Assembly (NCBI RefSeq): GCF_009914755.1
Contig: NC_060937.1
Length of the DNA stretch: 64,000 bases
Strand: one strand, 5' to 3'
Source: the human T2T-CHM13v2.0 reference genome, Homo sapiens
Of this stretch, positions 1 to 13,761 are shown in pieces; positions within the stretch are counted from its first letter, which is position 1, and the number at the start of each line of letters is the position of its first letter. Under the pieces are notes generated by a model that saw only the letters and a list, made by a program, of their open reading frames with translations, was not told where the DNA came from and searched no databases. Both the position numbers and the translations under genes were made by a program.

Positions 1-335
1 TTCATCTTTCTCCTTGGCCTGAATTTCTATTCTACTTCTCCCATAGAATTTTATCTAGTAAATATAATGGAATTTTATGCTTGAAAGTCTTTAGTACTCA
101 CTCCATTAAATTTGTTTGCAGTAAAATTATGTCTATTGATTAAAAATCTTGCTTTATTTCTTATGAATATCAGGCTTTTAGTGACAAGAAGTTTATTTTA
201 TATTTAGTTATAAGTTAAATTAGAATATAATTGATCAAAATAATATATTAATATATTAATATGGAATAATATATTACAAACTTTGATAAATAATAAACCT
301 AAAACTATATTTTATTAGAATTGTTTCTTAATAGT

Positions 336-840
336 TGTGATAGGCAAAATGCCAGCTACCCAATTATGTTTGTATCTTAGTATCTGGGACCTGTGAATAT
401 GTTCAGTTATATGGCATAGGGGAATTAGGGTTTAGAAGGAATCAAAGTTGCCAGTCAACTGAACTTGAGATGAGGCTGGGTTGTCTAGGTGGGCCCAGTG
501 TAATGACAAGGATGCTGATAAGTGGAAGAGGGAGAAAGAAGAGAGAGAACCAGAAAGACAGCAGCATGAGAAGGGCAGCCTCACGTTGCAGGCTTTGAAG
601 GTGGAGGAATTAGGCCATGAGTCAAGGAACATAGGCAGCCCCTATGCACTGGAAAAGGCAAGAAAATGGATTCTCCCCTAGAATCTCCAGAAGGAAGGCA
701 GCTCTGCAGACACCGACATTGTGGCCTTCTGAAACCCATTTCAGACTGGCCCCCAGAAATGCAAGATGATCAATTTGCATTGTTTTAAGGCACTCAGTTT
801 GTCATAATTTGTTATTACAGCAATAGGAAGTGAATTTGAT
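336..840 (+). mobile_element. MaLR solo LTR, MLT1D-like
   Basis: Starts TGTGATAGGCAAAAT; MLT1 motifs TCTCCCCTAGAATCTCCAGAAGG and terminal TTTGTTATTACAGCAATAGGAA. Confidence 0.7.
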
Positions 841-1084
841 AGTTCAATATGGTCTATTACTAAAATGAGATAGGGCACAGCATCCATTTTATTTTTAATT
901 CATTTAATAGGAAGTGGAAAATAAAATATTTTATGTGATAAACTGGCATGAGGAGAGACTATGGTCGGAAAAAAATTTTATTATTTAAGTGTCTTGCTGA
1001 TCTGCAAGAAATCATATTAATGTTTTATCAGTGAGTTTGTAAGGAATATGTCAAAAATTTATTCCCAGAAAAATTCTGTTTATA

Positions 1085-1391
<307 letters not shown>

Positions 1392-2124
1392 TAAAAAACA
1401 ACAACAACAACAAAACCAAAACAAAACAAAAACATCACTGACTCTTACTGCTTATGCTATTTGAAAGTTTTTTCTTTCTGGCTGTTAAAATATCGTAGGC
1501 ATGAGTATTGAGAGCAGCTGAAAATAATTGTTTATGTTTAAAAATATTATAATGAAAAAAGGTACTTCTTGCATTCAATGTTTCTTGTAAATGCTCTCTT
1601 CACTTTGCTCTTTTGAGGACTCTTCGAGATTGGAATATCCTTTCACAATGGTTCAGAATGATGTGGTAATGGAGATAAAAGTTTTTACTCCACCATTTCA
1701 CTCCACTCTAAACTGAAATCAGGACATCCCAACAGGGCTCAACATTTCTACTTTCTTACAAGATAATAGTTGACAGAAATGTGTGTAATGCAGGAAAGAA
1801 ATTGGATCCTATCAGGGTGTCCTATGACATGATTAACCATTAAAGACAGCTCCTCTTTTGCCACCTGGAGGGCTTTTGGTTGGGTAACCACCCTGGTGGG
1901 ACAGCTGCAGTCAGCAGTTCTCTAGAGAAGGCAGGCAGCCCATGAGACTTTAAGAACAAATACCCACAGCAGCTGGGGGTGGCTTCACCAGGCTGAAAAA
2001 GGGTCTGGGTGGAGTCCCAAGTGTCTACTATACTCTGTGTCTTATAAACTGGATATAAGTAGTTGATTTTGTGTTTGCGTGTGCATGTGTTTTAATGTTA
2101 AATTGAATATTCCTTTTAATATGC

Positions 2125-2637
2125 TGTAGGGAAGGAAAAAATTTTCCTCTACCCTCTTAAGTTTAGTGATGGGGACCCGTGAATTAAAGAAACAAAAGAC
2201 ACAATTTGTATTAATAGTTACGTGTATGGGAGTTGAGAGAAGAGAAGTAAAACTCAAAGAAGGGGTCAGACACTAGGCCTGAATATCATTTTGATAAAGG
2301 AAAGGGGCTTTGGGCTTAAAGGGATAACAAATTGTAGGGAAATGACGAGGAAATATATGGAGGGAAACAAATGGAAGAAAAGGGTTATTTTAGTAAGTTG
2401 TGTTTATGCAGACTCATCTCGGTGCCACCTCTCCATCTCAGGGGATAAGAGTCACTCTCCTCTTCCTGGGACAGAAGAGGGGGACACCTTAACAAAGGGA
2501 AATGTATGCCCTATTTTTAGGTGGATGGGGGATGGCAGAGAACTCCCTGCACCTGTTCATTCTCAATTGCCTTCAGCTCAAAATAATTTTTATGCCAAAA
2601 TGGCATGTTTTGGGGTGGCAAGTCCTGATCCCCTTCA
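2125..2637 (-). mobile_element. ERV1 solo LTR, MER34-family-like
   Basis: TG...CA termini (TGTAGGGAAGG ... GATCCCCTTCA); resembles recalled MER34-group ends; no TSD seen. Confidence 0.55.
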
Positions 2638-2659
2638 CCAATTTAACCTAACCTCCCCC

Positions 2660-2995
2660 TCACCTCTCATAGATTCCATCAGCAAATCCTGTCATCTTTT
2701 GCAAAATATCTTCCCAGTTCTGTAAGTTGTCACTGCTTCTACAAATACCACCCTAATCCAAGTCCCCATCACATTGCCTAGACTAAGAAAATAGCCTCCA
2801 AGTTGACCAACCTATATTGCTCTCCAGCCCCTAACTCTGCCTTTTCTCTCTCTAAAACCTAAATTTGAGATTATCTAACATACCTATTGGTTGATGGTCT
2901 GTTTCCTTACTAAAGTGTAAGCTTCATGACAGCCATCAATAGTGGTGTCTCTAGTGCCTATAATAATGCCAGCCACAAAGTATACACATCATCAA
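2660..2995 (+). mobile_element. L2 3' fragments
   Basis: CCATCAGCAAATCCTGTC and GTAAGCTTCATGA...TCTCTAGTGCCTA L2 3'-end motifs. Confidence 0.55.
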
Positions 2996-3008
2996 CACAA
3001 GGTTGAAC

Positions 3009-3348
3009 TGATAGTTTGACTGTGTCCCCACCCAAATCTCATCTTGAATTGTAACTCCCACCATTCCCACGTGTTGTGGGAGGAACCTGGTGGGAAGTAA
3101 TTGAATCATGGGGGCGCTTCTTTCCCTTGCTATTCTTTTGATAGTGAATAAGTCTCACGAGATCTGATGGTTTTAAAAATGGGAGTTTCCCTGCACAAGC
3201 TCTCTTCCCTTGCCGCCATGTGAGACATGCCTTTCACCTTCCACCATGATTGTGAGGCCTCCCCAGCTATGTGGAACTGTAAGTCCTTTATACCTCTTTC
3301 TTTTGTAAATTGCCCAGTCTTGGGTATGTGTGAAAATGGACTAATACA
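3009..3348 (+). mobile_element. THE1 (B/C-like) solo LTR
   Basis: TGATAGTTTGACTGTGTCCCCACCCAAATCTC ... GGACTAATACA; 5-bp TSD TGAAC at 3004-3008 and 3349-3353. Confidence 0.93.
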
Positions 3349-3918
3349 TGAACTAAGTCCCTTAGTTATATTTATGGAATTCACTGGTATGTTTGGGTTT
3401 ATTCTTATTTTCTTAATTTGTGTTCTCCTACTGGGCTTTCTAGTTGCCTTTAATTAGTGGTTCATTTTTCCACTTTTACTTTCTGTAAGTTGGAAATGTA
3501 CATATTTTATATCAAATACTTAAATACTTAACATGGTCTAGAATTAATAATTACCTAGAAATTATCTAGAATTAATAAGCTTTGTCTGCAATTATCTTTT
3601 TCCTCTGCTTTCCTCAGTCCCACTGAGAAGAAAAACTTTACTGACCTTTTAGTTTTCCCTACTTAAAATCTCACCTGCTTCCATTGCTTTTAACATTGCA
3701 TGGGATGTCAAAACATAAAGCTTAAACATTTACTACTTATTTTAATGTAAAAATAAATTTTACTATTGTGTTTATAGCTCATTGCATTATACCTGTCATC
3801 TCTTCCTTCTGGAACCGTCCCTCCCACTGCCCCATAATTTTCAGTAATTCTTCCAAGGAGGATCATTGGATAGTAAATTTTATGGGATTTTACGTATCTG
3901 CAAATGTCTTTATCTTAA

Positions 3919-4591
3919 TTTTAGAAAGTTTTATAATTTCAACTTTTATTTTGGATATAGGGGTACATGTGCAGGTTTGTTACATGGGTAAATTTAGTGA
4001 TGCTGAAGTTTTGGGGACAAATGATCCCCTTACCCAAGTAGTGAACATAGTACCTAATAGGTAGTTTTTCAGCCCTTGGCCCCCTTCATCTCTCCCCCCT
4101 CTAGTAGTCCCCAGTGTTTATTGTTCTCATCTTTATGTCTGTGTGTACCCGATGCTTAGCTCCCACTTATAAATGAGAACACATGGTATTTGGTCTTCTG
4201 TTCCTGCGTTTACTTAGGATAATGGAGGTTGCTGCAAGAGACATGATTTCATTATTTTTATGGCTGCACGGTATTCCATGGTGTATATGTACCACATTTC
4301 CTTTATCCAGTCCACCGTTGATGAGCATCCAGGTTAATTCCATGTTTTTGCTATTGTGAATAGTGCCGCAGTGAACATACGTGCGCATGTGACTTTTTGG
4401 TAAAAAGACTTATTTTTCCTTTGGGCATATACCCAATAGTGGGATTGCTGAGTCTAATGGTAGCTCTGTTTTAAGTTATTTGAGAAATCTCCAAACTGCT
4501 TTCTACAGTGGCTGAACTAATTTACATTCCCACCATTGGTGTATAAGCATTCCCTTTTCTCCGCAACCTCGCCAGCATCTGTTAGTTTTTG
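3919..4591 (-). mobile_element. L1 3' end, old primate L1PA/L1PB type, 5'-truncated
   Basis: Antisense L1 3'UTR and ORF2 end; 16-bp TSD AATGTCTTTAT(C/T)TTAA at 3903-3918 and 4592-4607. Confidence 0.9.
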
Positions 4592-4609
4592 AATGTCTTT
4601 ATTTTAAAG

Positions 4610-4814
4610 CAGGTGTCAGCAAGCCCTTTTAAATGGTCCAAATAGTAAGTATTTTAGACTTGTGGCCATATGGTCTCAGTTGTAATTATTCAGCTCTGCC
4701 AAGGTAGTGCAAAAGCAGCCACAAATGATACCTACATAAATAATGGGTGTGACTGTATTCCAAAACAATTTGTAAAAATGGGGCTGGTCCATTGGCTATA
4801 GTTTGCCGACTTCA
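4610..4814 (+). mobile_element. MER58A-like hAT-Charlie DNA transposon
   Basis: CAGGTGTCAGCAA ... ATAGTTTGCCGAC degenerate TIRs; internal AGTAAGTATTTTAG and AAAAGCAGCCAC motifs. Confidence 0.75.
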
Positions 4815-4944
4815 ATTTTAAAAGATAGCTTGTCTGGCTAGAACATTTTAGGTTCAAAATTATTTTCCTTTAGATATTGAAGATAATTGCTCCAAGGTCT
4901 CCCTGTGCCCATGGTTATTGTCAAGAAGGCTGAGGTCAATCAGA

Positions 4945-5305
<361 letters not shown>

Positions 5306-5336
5306 TAATGTTGAAGTTTCTTCATGGATTTTCAAC

Positions 5337-5845
5337 TGTCAACTCCCAAAATATCTATCAAAATAACCTTTTGATAAAGCAAAGCTAAGTTTATTAAACT
5401 TACTGTAAGGGAGACCATCACTTTGAGACCTTAGCAATGGCTCAAAGGGAGAAGTAAGGAGAGGATATTTATAGCATTTTGGTGTCTGAGCTCATGAGAT
5501 TTGAGGCAGTTCTTTCAAGCTGGGGAATTGACTGGGATGAGCAAAGTTCGTAACTGATAGTTTAGGATTGTGGCCACAGTGAAGCTAGGGGCTCAAAGCA
5601 AATATTTATAAGTAAACTGTTTGATAAAAGAGCTCTTTGCCCAGATGAAAACATGGCTGTCCTGTGAGGAAAACTGGCCAGATGCACAAACTATTTGCCC
5701 AGACAAACTGGTTTGCAGGAATTTCCTAAAGTAAATAGCAGTTATTTATTGGTTTACAGCTTTATCTTTCTGGGCAAGGATTTCCTGGAGCAAATAATTA
5801 AGTTATGTTGAAACAGGTGGTCTTTGTCCTTGGTCCTAATATTTA
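5337..5845. mobile_element. Possible old ERV LTR interrupting L1M-like sequence
   Basis: Starts TGTC, antisense poly(A) signal TTTATT near start, composition shift; family not recognised. Confidence 0.3.
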
Positions 5846-6221
5846 AGCCATGTGGATGCAAATGTTCTCTCTTCTCAACTGTGTCTGGATAATTTTAAAA
5901 ATATTTATCCTGCTGGGTATTGATGGCTTCTTTCAGAGACCTCATGTCTTACTTCGATTCTGTACATTTCTAATCAACTATTTCTTAAAATTTTATTTAC
6001 TTTTAATTTCTCCAGGCTCTTCTTTTGTAACTCCTATTACATGGATGCTGGAACTAGATTTATTCTACAAATCTCTTAATTTTTGTGTCATTTTGAGCAA
6101 ATTCCATGGTTCCATTTTCCAATCTATTTGCCTCTCAGCTGTGCTTATTTTGTTTTTCACCCACGTACTAGGTTTTTAAGTTTCAACAATTAAAATGTTC
6201 ATCCAATAGTTTTGATTGGTT

Positions 6222-6348
6222 CTTTTTTCTTTGAGATGGGGTCTTGCTCTGTTGCCCATACCGGTCTTGAACTCCTGGGTTCAAGCGATCCTCCCGCCTT
6301 GACCTACCAAAGTGCTGAGATTACAGGCATGAGCCACCACGCCCAGAC
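6222..6348 (-). mobile_element. FLAM / Alu left monomer
   Basis: Single antisense monomer GAGATGGGGTCTTGC...TGAGCCACCACGCCC. Confidence 0.85.
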
Positions 6349-6416
6349 TCTTTCTATTCTTGTGATCGCACACATTATGTCCTTAAATATTTAAAGATAT
6401 TTTATATGTGCATGTA

Positions 6417-6452
6417 CACACACACACACACACACACACACTTACACACACA
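6417..6452. repeat. (CA)n microsatellite
   Basis: CA run with one interruption. Confidence 0.95.
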
Positions 6453-6724
6453 CTGCTTCTCTTCACCAACCTACTTCTTTAATGAAAGTTTTTCCTTTTT
6501 CACTTATTTCTATCTTCTGATGCTGGATCTGCTGGAATATTTGATTCTGCTTATGTAAATCAATGCCAAGTTTCCCTGTTAGAAGATCTGCTATAATAGT
6601 TCACGCAGATGATTGAGATGGGGTGGGAACTGCCATTGTTGCTGCTGCTTTACACTGGCTTTAGTGAGCCTGGCAGAGGCTCCTGTGGTGTGTAAGGAGA
6701 TGACATCTCACAGTGGGTCTTTAA

Positions 6725-6864
6725 GGCATATCTGGGGCATTGCGCTGCGTCTCTTGCTCCCAGAGTTCCTGTACCTGCTGCTCTGGGGAAGGCAGGCATA
6801 TCTGGGGCATTGCGCTGCGTCTCTTGCTCCCAGAGTTCCTGTACCTGCTGCTCTGGGGAAGGCA
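6725..6864. repeat. Perfect 70-bp tandem duplication
   Basis: 6725-6794 identical to 6795-6864. Confidence 0.97.
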
Positions 6865-7078
6865 TACACTTGCATCCATGGGTGCAGGTGCCCTGCCCGG
6901 AGGCTGCCCTACCACGCTGCGCTCACCTTGGCCACTCTGAGTTCCTCCTCCTCTTTCTGGATCCCCCCTTCTTGGTCGGGGGCACCCCTTGAGGCTCACA
7001 GCAGAATTCTCCCACTCCCAGCTAGGCTGCAGTTTTTCTTCTTTATGCCTGCCTACTTTCCAATTTTAAGAGATTCTG

Positions 7079-7372
7079 GGCCGAGCACAGTGGCTCACGC
7101 CTGTAATCTCAGCACTTCGGGAGGCCGATGTGGGCAGATCACAGGGTTAGGAGTTTGAGACCAGCCTGGACAACATAGTGAAACCCCGTCTCTACTAAAA
7201 GTACAAAATGTAGCAGCCGGGCATGGTAGCATGCGCCTGTTGTCCCAGCTACTCGCGAGATGGAGGCAGGAGAATTGCTTGAACCTGGGAGGCGGAGGTT
7301 TCAGTGAGCCGAGAAGGTGCCACTGCACTCTAGCTTGGGCAACAAAGCTAGACTTCATCTCAAAAAGAAAAA
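7079..7372 (+). mobile_element. Alu (AluS)
   Basis: Full dimer, A-rich tail, TSD AAGAGATTCTG on both sides. Confidence 0.95.
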
Positions 7373-8119
7373 AAGAGATTCTGTATCGTTCTGGTTCATC
7401 CAGAGTTTGTGTTCTTCTTTCCAATCATGACTATGCCCTTACGTGTTTACTTTTTTATATCTTTTTAATGATTTCTATGAATGTCATGTAGGAGGGATTA
7501 GTAATCTGTTTTGGAACATTTTTTTTAAATGTCAAATGAAAATAAACTCCAAGCCACCATCTTACATCATTGGCAAAAAATTCAGTCATTTGGGGGTACC
7601 CCATTATATAGAAAGGTCCTGGGGTATCATAAGCAGGAATAGTTATCCTGGAAGCTGACCTCTAGTCTGACCTGGTTACCTGTGAGAAACCCATCACCAA
7701 GGCCCATTGCTAGTTTTGCACCTTCTTTGCCATCATGGATCCAGAAATCTCTGCCAAAGCAGTGTCCTGGGCTGGGACTCCGATCGCTGTCTATACAACA
7801 AGCAGCCATTTCCCCTAAGGTCTGGCCACCATCCTTGGCCATTTTGAGGGACTTAGTGGGTTAGAAGTTCCTGTGCTTACCCCTGTTCTAGTTTTCTAGT
7901 ATGGTGGACTCTCCCTTATATATGGTCATTCCTTTTATGTCCCCTCTCCCTTTTCCAAACACCAATTGTTTTCCTTTCTGTCCTCAGGATGTAATCTCCA
8001 AAAGAGTGATAGGATTTGAGAACTATCTACTTCTGATTCTATTCATGGGGGAAGAAAGCACAAAGGCTTATCTTGGAGTGGGCAAGGAAAAATCCAGAGA
8101 ATAAACCACAAGTAGCTTT

Positions 8120-8456
8120 CATTATCAGCTGAGTTATCAGCCTAAACGCCTAGAGGTGTCCTTTCCATGGGCCGTCTCCACATGGGCTGGTTTGGGCTTC
8201 CTCACTGTGGCTGGGTTCTAAGCACTGGCGTCCCAAGACAGCAAGGCAGGAGTGTGTGGCATTTTTAAGAACTAGCCTTGGAAGTTCATAGTCGCTTCAC
8301 TTATTATACTGGTGACAGCAGCCCAAGTTTTGTCCAGATTCGAGAAGAGAGGACTGAGACTACCACCACAAGAAAAGTGTCAAGGTGATGTTGCCAGAAG
8401 GGCAAGTGGGATGGGGCAGGTTGTGGCGGTGATGTTTGGAAGACATAATGTGACAC
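8120..8456 (-). mobile_element. Old MaLR LTR fragment (MLT1 family)
   Basis: TTGGGCTTCCTCAC...CTAGCCTTGGAAGT motifs typical of antisense old MLT1. Confidence 0.55.
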
Positions 8457-8975
8457 AATCTGCCCTTTGGCCACCACGGTTCACATTCTTCTACATGTAA
8501 AATATATTATCTCCCTTCCCCAAGAACCCTCATATTAGTTCTTTTACAGCATTGTCAAGGGGGTGCCTTGAGCAGGGGAGCTTTCATCTGCCACATAAAT
8601 CATCACCTTCTTCCTGAACCTTACCAAAATAAACGAGCAGGCCTCTCTGCACATGGCAGCTTCAAGATAAAGCCTTTTGTCTCCATTGGCAGCTCCAGAT
8701 AGGTCTTGAAATAAACCCGCAATCCAATTAAAACCAGTGTGCCTGCTCTGTAAGTGTGATGTCAGGACTCACGTCTAGTCCTTTCTTTCAGCCACTTTGT
8801 TCCTTCTGTAGACATTCTGGAGCTGCCGTTGCACAGCGGTGAAAACAGGCCCAACTTCATATGTCAATATCATCTTTCAACACGTTATACACTGGAAACA
8901 GAAATGTTAACTTGGGTTTCTGTGAGTGATGAGATTGTTGGTAATTTTTTTATTTTCTTTTTTCTAATGTCCTAA

Positions 8976-9321
<346 letters not shown>

Positions 9322-9384
9322 CTAAACGTTCTAAATTTTTAATTTTCTATGACAAACACTGAGTGTAGAAAACCACCTATAGAC

Positions 9385-9882
9385 ACCCTCTGCGTCAGAC
9401 ACCCCAGATTGTCCATCCAACACCAGCCTCCCTCCTTTATCTTTCCTCCTCACCTATTTCTGTTCTCTGGGACTCAGGGACTTAGCCGTATATGCTCTCT
9501 GTTCCCCTGCCCTCTGGCGTTGGGTTGGTTTAGCCAGGCAGGAGATCAATGGCCAGAAGGAGAGAACAATCGGGGTATTTCTTTACCTGCTTCTTCTGTG
9601 CTGTGGCTCTGGTGGCGACCACATCCTCCAAGGACAGGTCCTGCTGAGCAACCTGCCCTCAAGGCGCTAGGTTTCCTTGGGTTCAATTATGCCGTTTTCT
9701 CTCTTTTCCTCTTTAGGCCAAAGGGTGGTAAGTGTTTCTCACTGTTGCTCTTCCTGAGTGTCTTTATATCCCTAATTGGCACCCTGCAGTGCTGCCCATC
9801 CTCTGTAAGCAATTCCGATATTCAATTCTCTCCATAACTGAAGCTGAGTGGTCTGTTTCCCTGCAAGCCCCTGGCTGACTCA
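9385..9882 (+). mobile_element. ERVL LTR, LTR33-like
   Basis: GGGTTGGTTTAGCCAG...GGGGTATTT and terminal TCTGTTTCCCTGC...CTGACTCA resemble recalled LTR33. Confidence 0.55.
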
Positions 9883-10022
9883 CCACTGAGGAGCTGTGGG
9901 ATATTGCACAAGTCCCTCCCCTCATGAGCTTCTACTTCTCCATTTTAAAAGGGTGGATTTGGACTAGACTGGTGTTTATTAAGTTTTATGTTAATTAAAG
10001 TGTTCTTTAAAAAAGGAGTTCC

Positions 10023-10492
10023 CAAGGATCTAGAACTAGAAATGCTATTTGACCCAGCCATCTCATTACTGGGTCTATACCCAAAGGATTATAAATCATG
10101 CTGCTATAAAGACACATGTACACTTATGTTTATTGCAGCATTATTCACAATAGCAAAGACTTGGAACCAACCCAAATGTCCATCAATGATAGACTGGATT
10201 AAGAAACTATGGCACATATACACCATGGAATACTATGCAGCCATAAAAAAGAACACTGCATGTTCTCACTGACAGGTGGGAATTGAACAACGAGAACACT
10301 TGGACACAGAGTGGGGAACATCACACACCGGGGCCTGTCGTGGGGTTGGGGGAGGGATAGCATTAGGAGATATACCTAATGTAAATGACGAGTTAACGAG
10401 TGCAGCACACCAACATGGCACATGTATACATATGTAACAAACCTGCACGTTGTGCACATGTACCCTAGAACTTAAAGTATAATAAAAAATAT
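10023..10492 (+). mobile_element. L1PA (PA4-6-like) 3' end with ~80-bp internal deletion
   Basis: ORF2 C-terminus DLELE..FDPAI..YPKDYKSCCYKDTC, 3'UTR, short A tail, flanking GGAGTTCC duplication. Confidence 0.93.
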
Positions 10493-10505
10493 AAAATGGA
10501 GTTCC

Positions 10506-11135
10506 ACTCTTGTGCACTGTTGGTGGGGATGTAAAACGGTGCAGCTATGGAAAAAAATGTGGTCGTTCCTCAAAAATTAAACATAGCATTACCAAAGCAT
10601 CCAGAATTTCCACTTCTGAGTATATATCCAAAAGAATCGAGAGCAAGATCTCGCAGAGATATTTGTGCACCTGTGTTTGTAGCAGCATTATTCATAATAG
10701 CCAAGAGGTGGCAGCAAGTCAAATGTCCATCAGTGAATGAATGGATAAATAAAATGTAGTATATTCATACAATGGAATATTACTCAGCCTTAAAAAGGAA
10801 GGAAATTCTGACAAATGCTGTAACATGAATGAAACTTGAGGACGTTATGCTAAATAAAATAAACCAGTCACAAAAAGATAAATACTCTATGATTCCATGT
10901 GTGCGAGGTACCTAGAGTAGTAGAATTCATAGAAACAAAGTAGAATGGTAGTTGCCAGGGGTAGGGGAAGACATGCAGAGTTTTTGTTTAACAGATACAG
11001 AGTTTAAGTTTTGCAAGATGAAAAATTTCTGGAGATTGTTTTCACAACAATATAAATATGCTTATCACAACTATACACTTAAAAATGGTTAAGATGATAA
11101 ATTTAATGTATATATATTTTCCCACAAAAACAAAA
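10506..11135 (+). mobile_element. L1MB-type 3' end
   Basis: Diverged ORF2 end (PVFVAALFIIAKRW) and L1MB 3'UTR (AAAAATGGTTAAGATG), A tail. Confidence 0.85.
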
Positions 11136-11250
11136 AAAAGTGTTCCATTCAAAAAAAGTTCTATAGTTACATCAGATTTGGAAAAGGTAGTTATACACAT
11201 ACATTTTAAAGACTCACAGTATACAAGCCTCCTGAGAAGTGGTTGTTGGC

Positions 11251-11517
<267 letters not shown>

Positions 11518-12906
11518 TGAGTAAAACAAAAAAAATCTGATATCCTCTGTATAAAATCATTTCCCAGAAAGAACTGACAATGGAGAACATAGTTTTGGAT
11601 ACAAGTGAGGAAAACCATCTCTAGAATCCCTTGTGGTTCTAAGTCCTATGGCTCTTTTCTGATTTGAAAAGAGAGTCAATCCTGGTCGATATTATTTCTG
11701 GCATGTCTTTGCTGTCTTTTCCTGAACTCAGGGATTCTCCCTGCCACAGATGTGTCTGGATGGTGACAGATGGGAATCTTCTCCAGTGACCAGAATCCAT
11801 GCCTTACCTTGGGAGCCCAAGGTAAGCTGCATTTATTTCCTTGGGCGCTTTCTGAGTATTGGGTAGAAAGGGGCTTTTTGAAATATTTGAAGGTTACTTG
11901 GGTATAAACATTTTATGTGTGAATGGCTTTCAATTGCTCTCTTTGTTAATCACAACATATATGGTACTCAAAACCCAGGAAAATATACTCCTAAAGATGT
12001 TCAAATTCCCTTATTGTAACTCATCGAAATGTTTTATGGACTTGGAAATTTTTATAAGCGATTTAAAGAATACAATTATGTTTATAAAGAATTTGACTGC
12101 AGTAATTTGTAATCTGATATAGACCACATTCAGTCAAGTTGTACATAAACACTTAAGAGGTAATTAAGGTAGAAAGAAGATTTCTTTCTAAGGGTAATTA
12201 CTTGGTAATTAGAGAGAGTCATTGCAGATTTTATTTTCAAAATACTTCAAGGAGAATGGAAAGTTCCAGAATAATGATTATGCATTAGTCAGAAAAAGAT
12301 ATTTGGACCGAAATAAATATTTGTATTACTTGATTCCTTGCCTTGAATTGGCCTAGTAGGAAACCAGGGAAATTATTTGACTGTCATAGGAACACCAACC
12401 TCCTTTTTTTTGCCCATCTCCCATCAGAGGGTCTAGAAAAGAGTTGCTGCGGATTCTGTTCTAGTTACTTGAGAAAACAGGAAAATGGCAAGGAGACATC
12501 AGTCATCAATCTGGTTGTTCCCTGTTTCCTTTCTTAGAAATTTTGCTGTGAGAATTTGGTGTTTAGGGCTATGGTGGCCACCTTTCAGCTAAAGTGAAAA
12601 GGCCAAGAACCTCACAGAGTGGTTGACCCAGAGTCCTGGAGGGATCAGCTCTAGAATCATCTGTGCCTAGACTTCTCACAATGTGTGATTACTAAATGCC
12701 TCTATTTTAATAAACTTAATTCAACAGATATTTATTGACATCTATTATCTGTTAGTCACTGTTCTAAGTACTTTACAAATATGAAAAAAAATCACTGAGT
12801 TCCATAGGGCTATCTTCTAGACGCTTTAGTCATATACCCTGTTACCTACAGCTTAGAGCATTCCCAAAAGTCCATGGTATAACCTAACCTATTATGGGTT
12901 TGATGG

Positions 12907-13761
12907 CATAGCATGCTGGAGCTGACTTCTAATAGCTTGCAAGAACTGATCGTTAAATTTTCCAGAATTTTTAGCCCTTGTTAAACACAGCAGGTTTATT
13001 AAATTGTCTAAACTTGTAATTAAATTGTATTAAAAATACAGTACTCAAAGCCTCAGTACTTTCTACTTATTTTAATATCATCTGACCTTTTGAATTACTT
13101 ACATTTATTGCACTTATATCATCCAAATAGTATATCATGGGGCACTACTGGGCATCTCTTCCCAAATCAAGGACATCAGCTTGGTAGCTTAAAGTCAGCC
13201 ATAGTGGGGATATTTGTGCCATGGAAATTGGCAACTGCTATAAATCGAAGCTTGATTTATTGTTCTGATGACTCTTAATGTTATCCATATTAAATTTAAA
13301 GATTGTCATGTCTGTAGCCATTACATTGTCAATAGCACAAAAATTTGAGGAAATATTCTTTTAGCATTAGAAAACTGTTACCTGAATCAGCAAAGAAGTT
13401 GCTCCAATCATTGATGATCAGGTAGTGTTTCTACGTATATCTTCATTATTTCACCTTCACCATACTTATTAATGCAAGCAAAAATGTCAACATTCTAATC
13501 AAAACTGCACTCATATATCAGCTGCAAACATAGGTTGGCTATGAAAACAAGAGCTTGGCAAAAATCAAGAAAAGCATTGAGAATCAATGAGAATCAATGG
13601 GCTATATGGAATTTACAATGAATTGTAGACTTTATTATCATTTGTAAATTGTATGATACACATTCTGTATATCAGTAAAATCAGTAATCACCTCATGTAT
13701 GTATATATTTCCATGCATTATTTGGAGAGCCAGTTGTTGAACATTTACTAGCACACCACTG
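12907..13761 (+). mobile_element. MER63 (C/D-like) hAT-Blackjack DNA transposon
   Basis: TGCTGGAGC...GTTAAATTTTCCAGAATTTT start; end GAGAGCCAGTTGTTGAACATTTACTAGCACACCACTG. Confidence 0.8.

Noticed and set aside
1857-1873. CTCF-like motif (reverse CCTCCAGGTGGCA)
   Set aside because: Single imperfect match with no supporting context; expected by chance in 64 kb.
6613-7158. 181-aa ORF
   Set aside because: Spans the 70-bp duplication and ends in an Alu; no recognisable domain.
9349-9837. 162-aa ORF
   Set aside because: Lies in an LTR33-like element; low-complexity composition, no domain.
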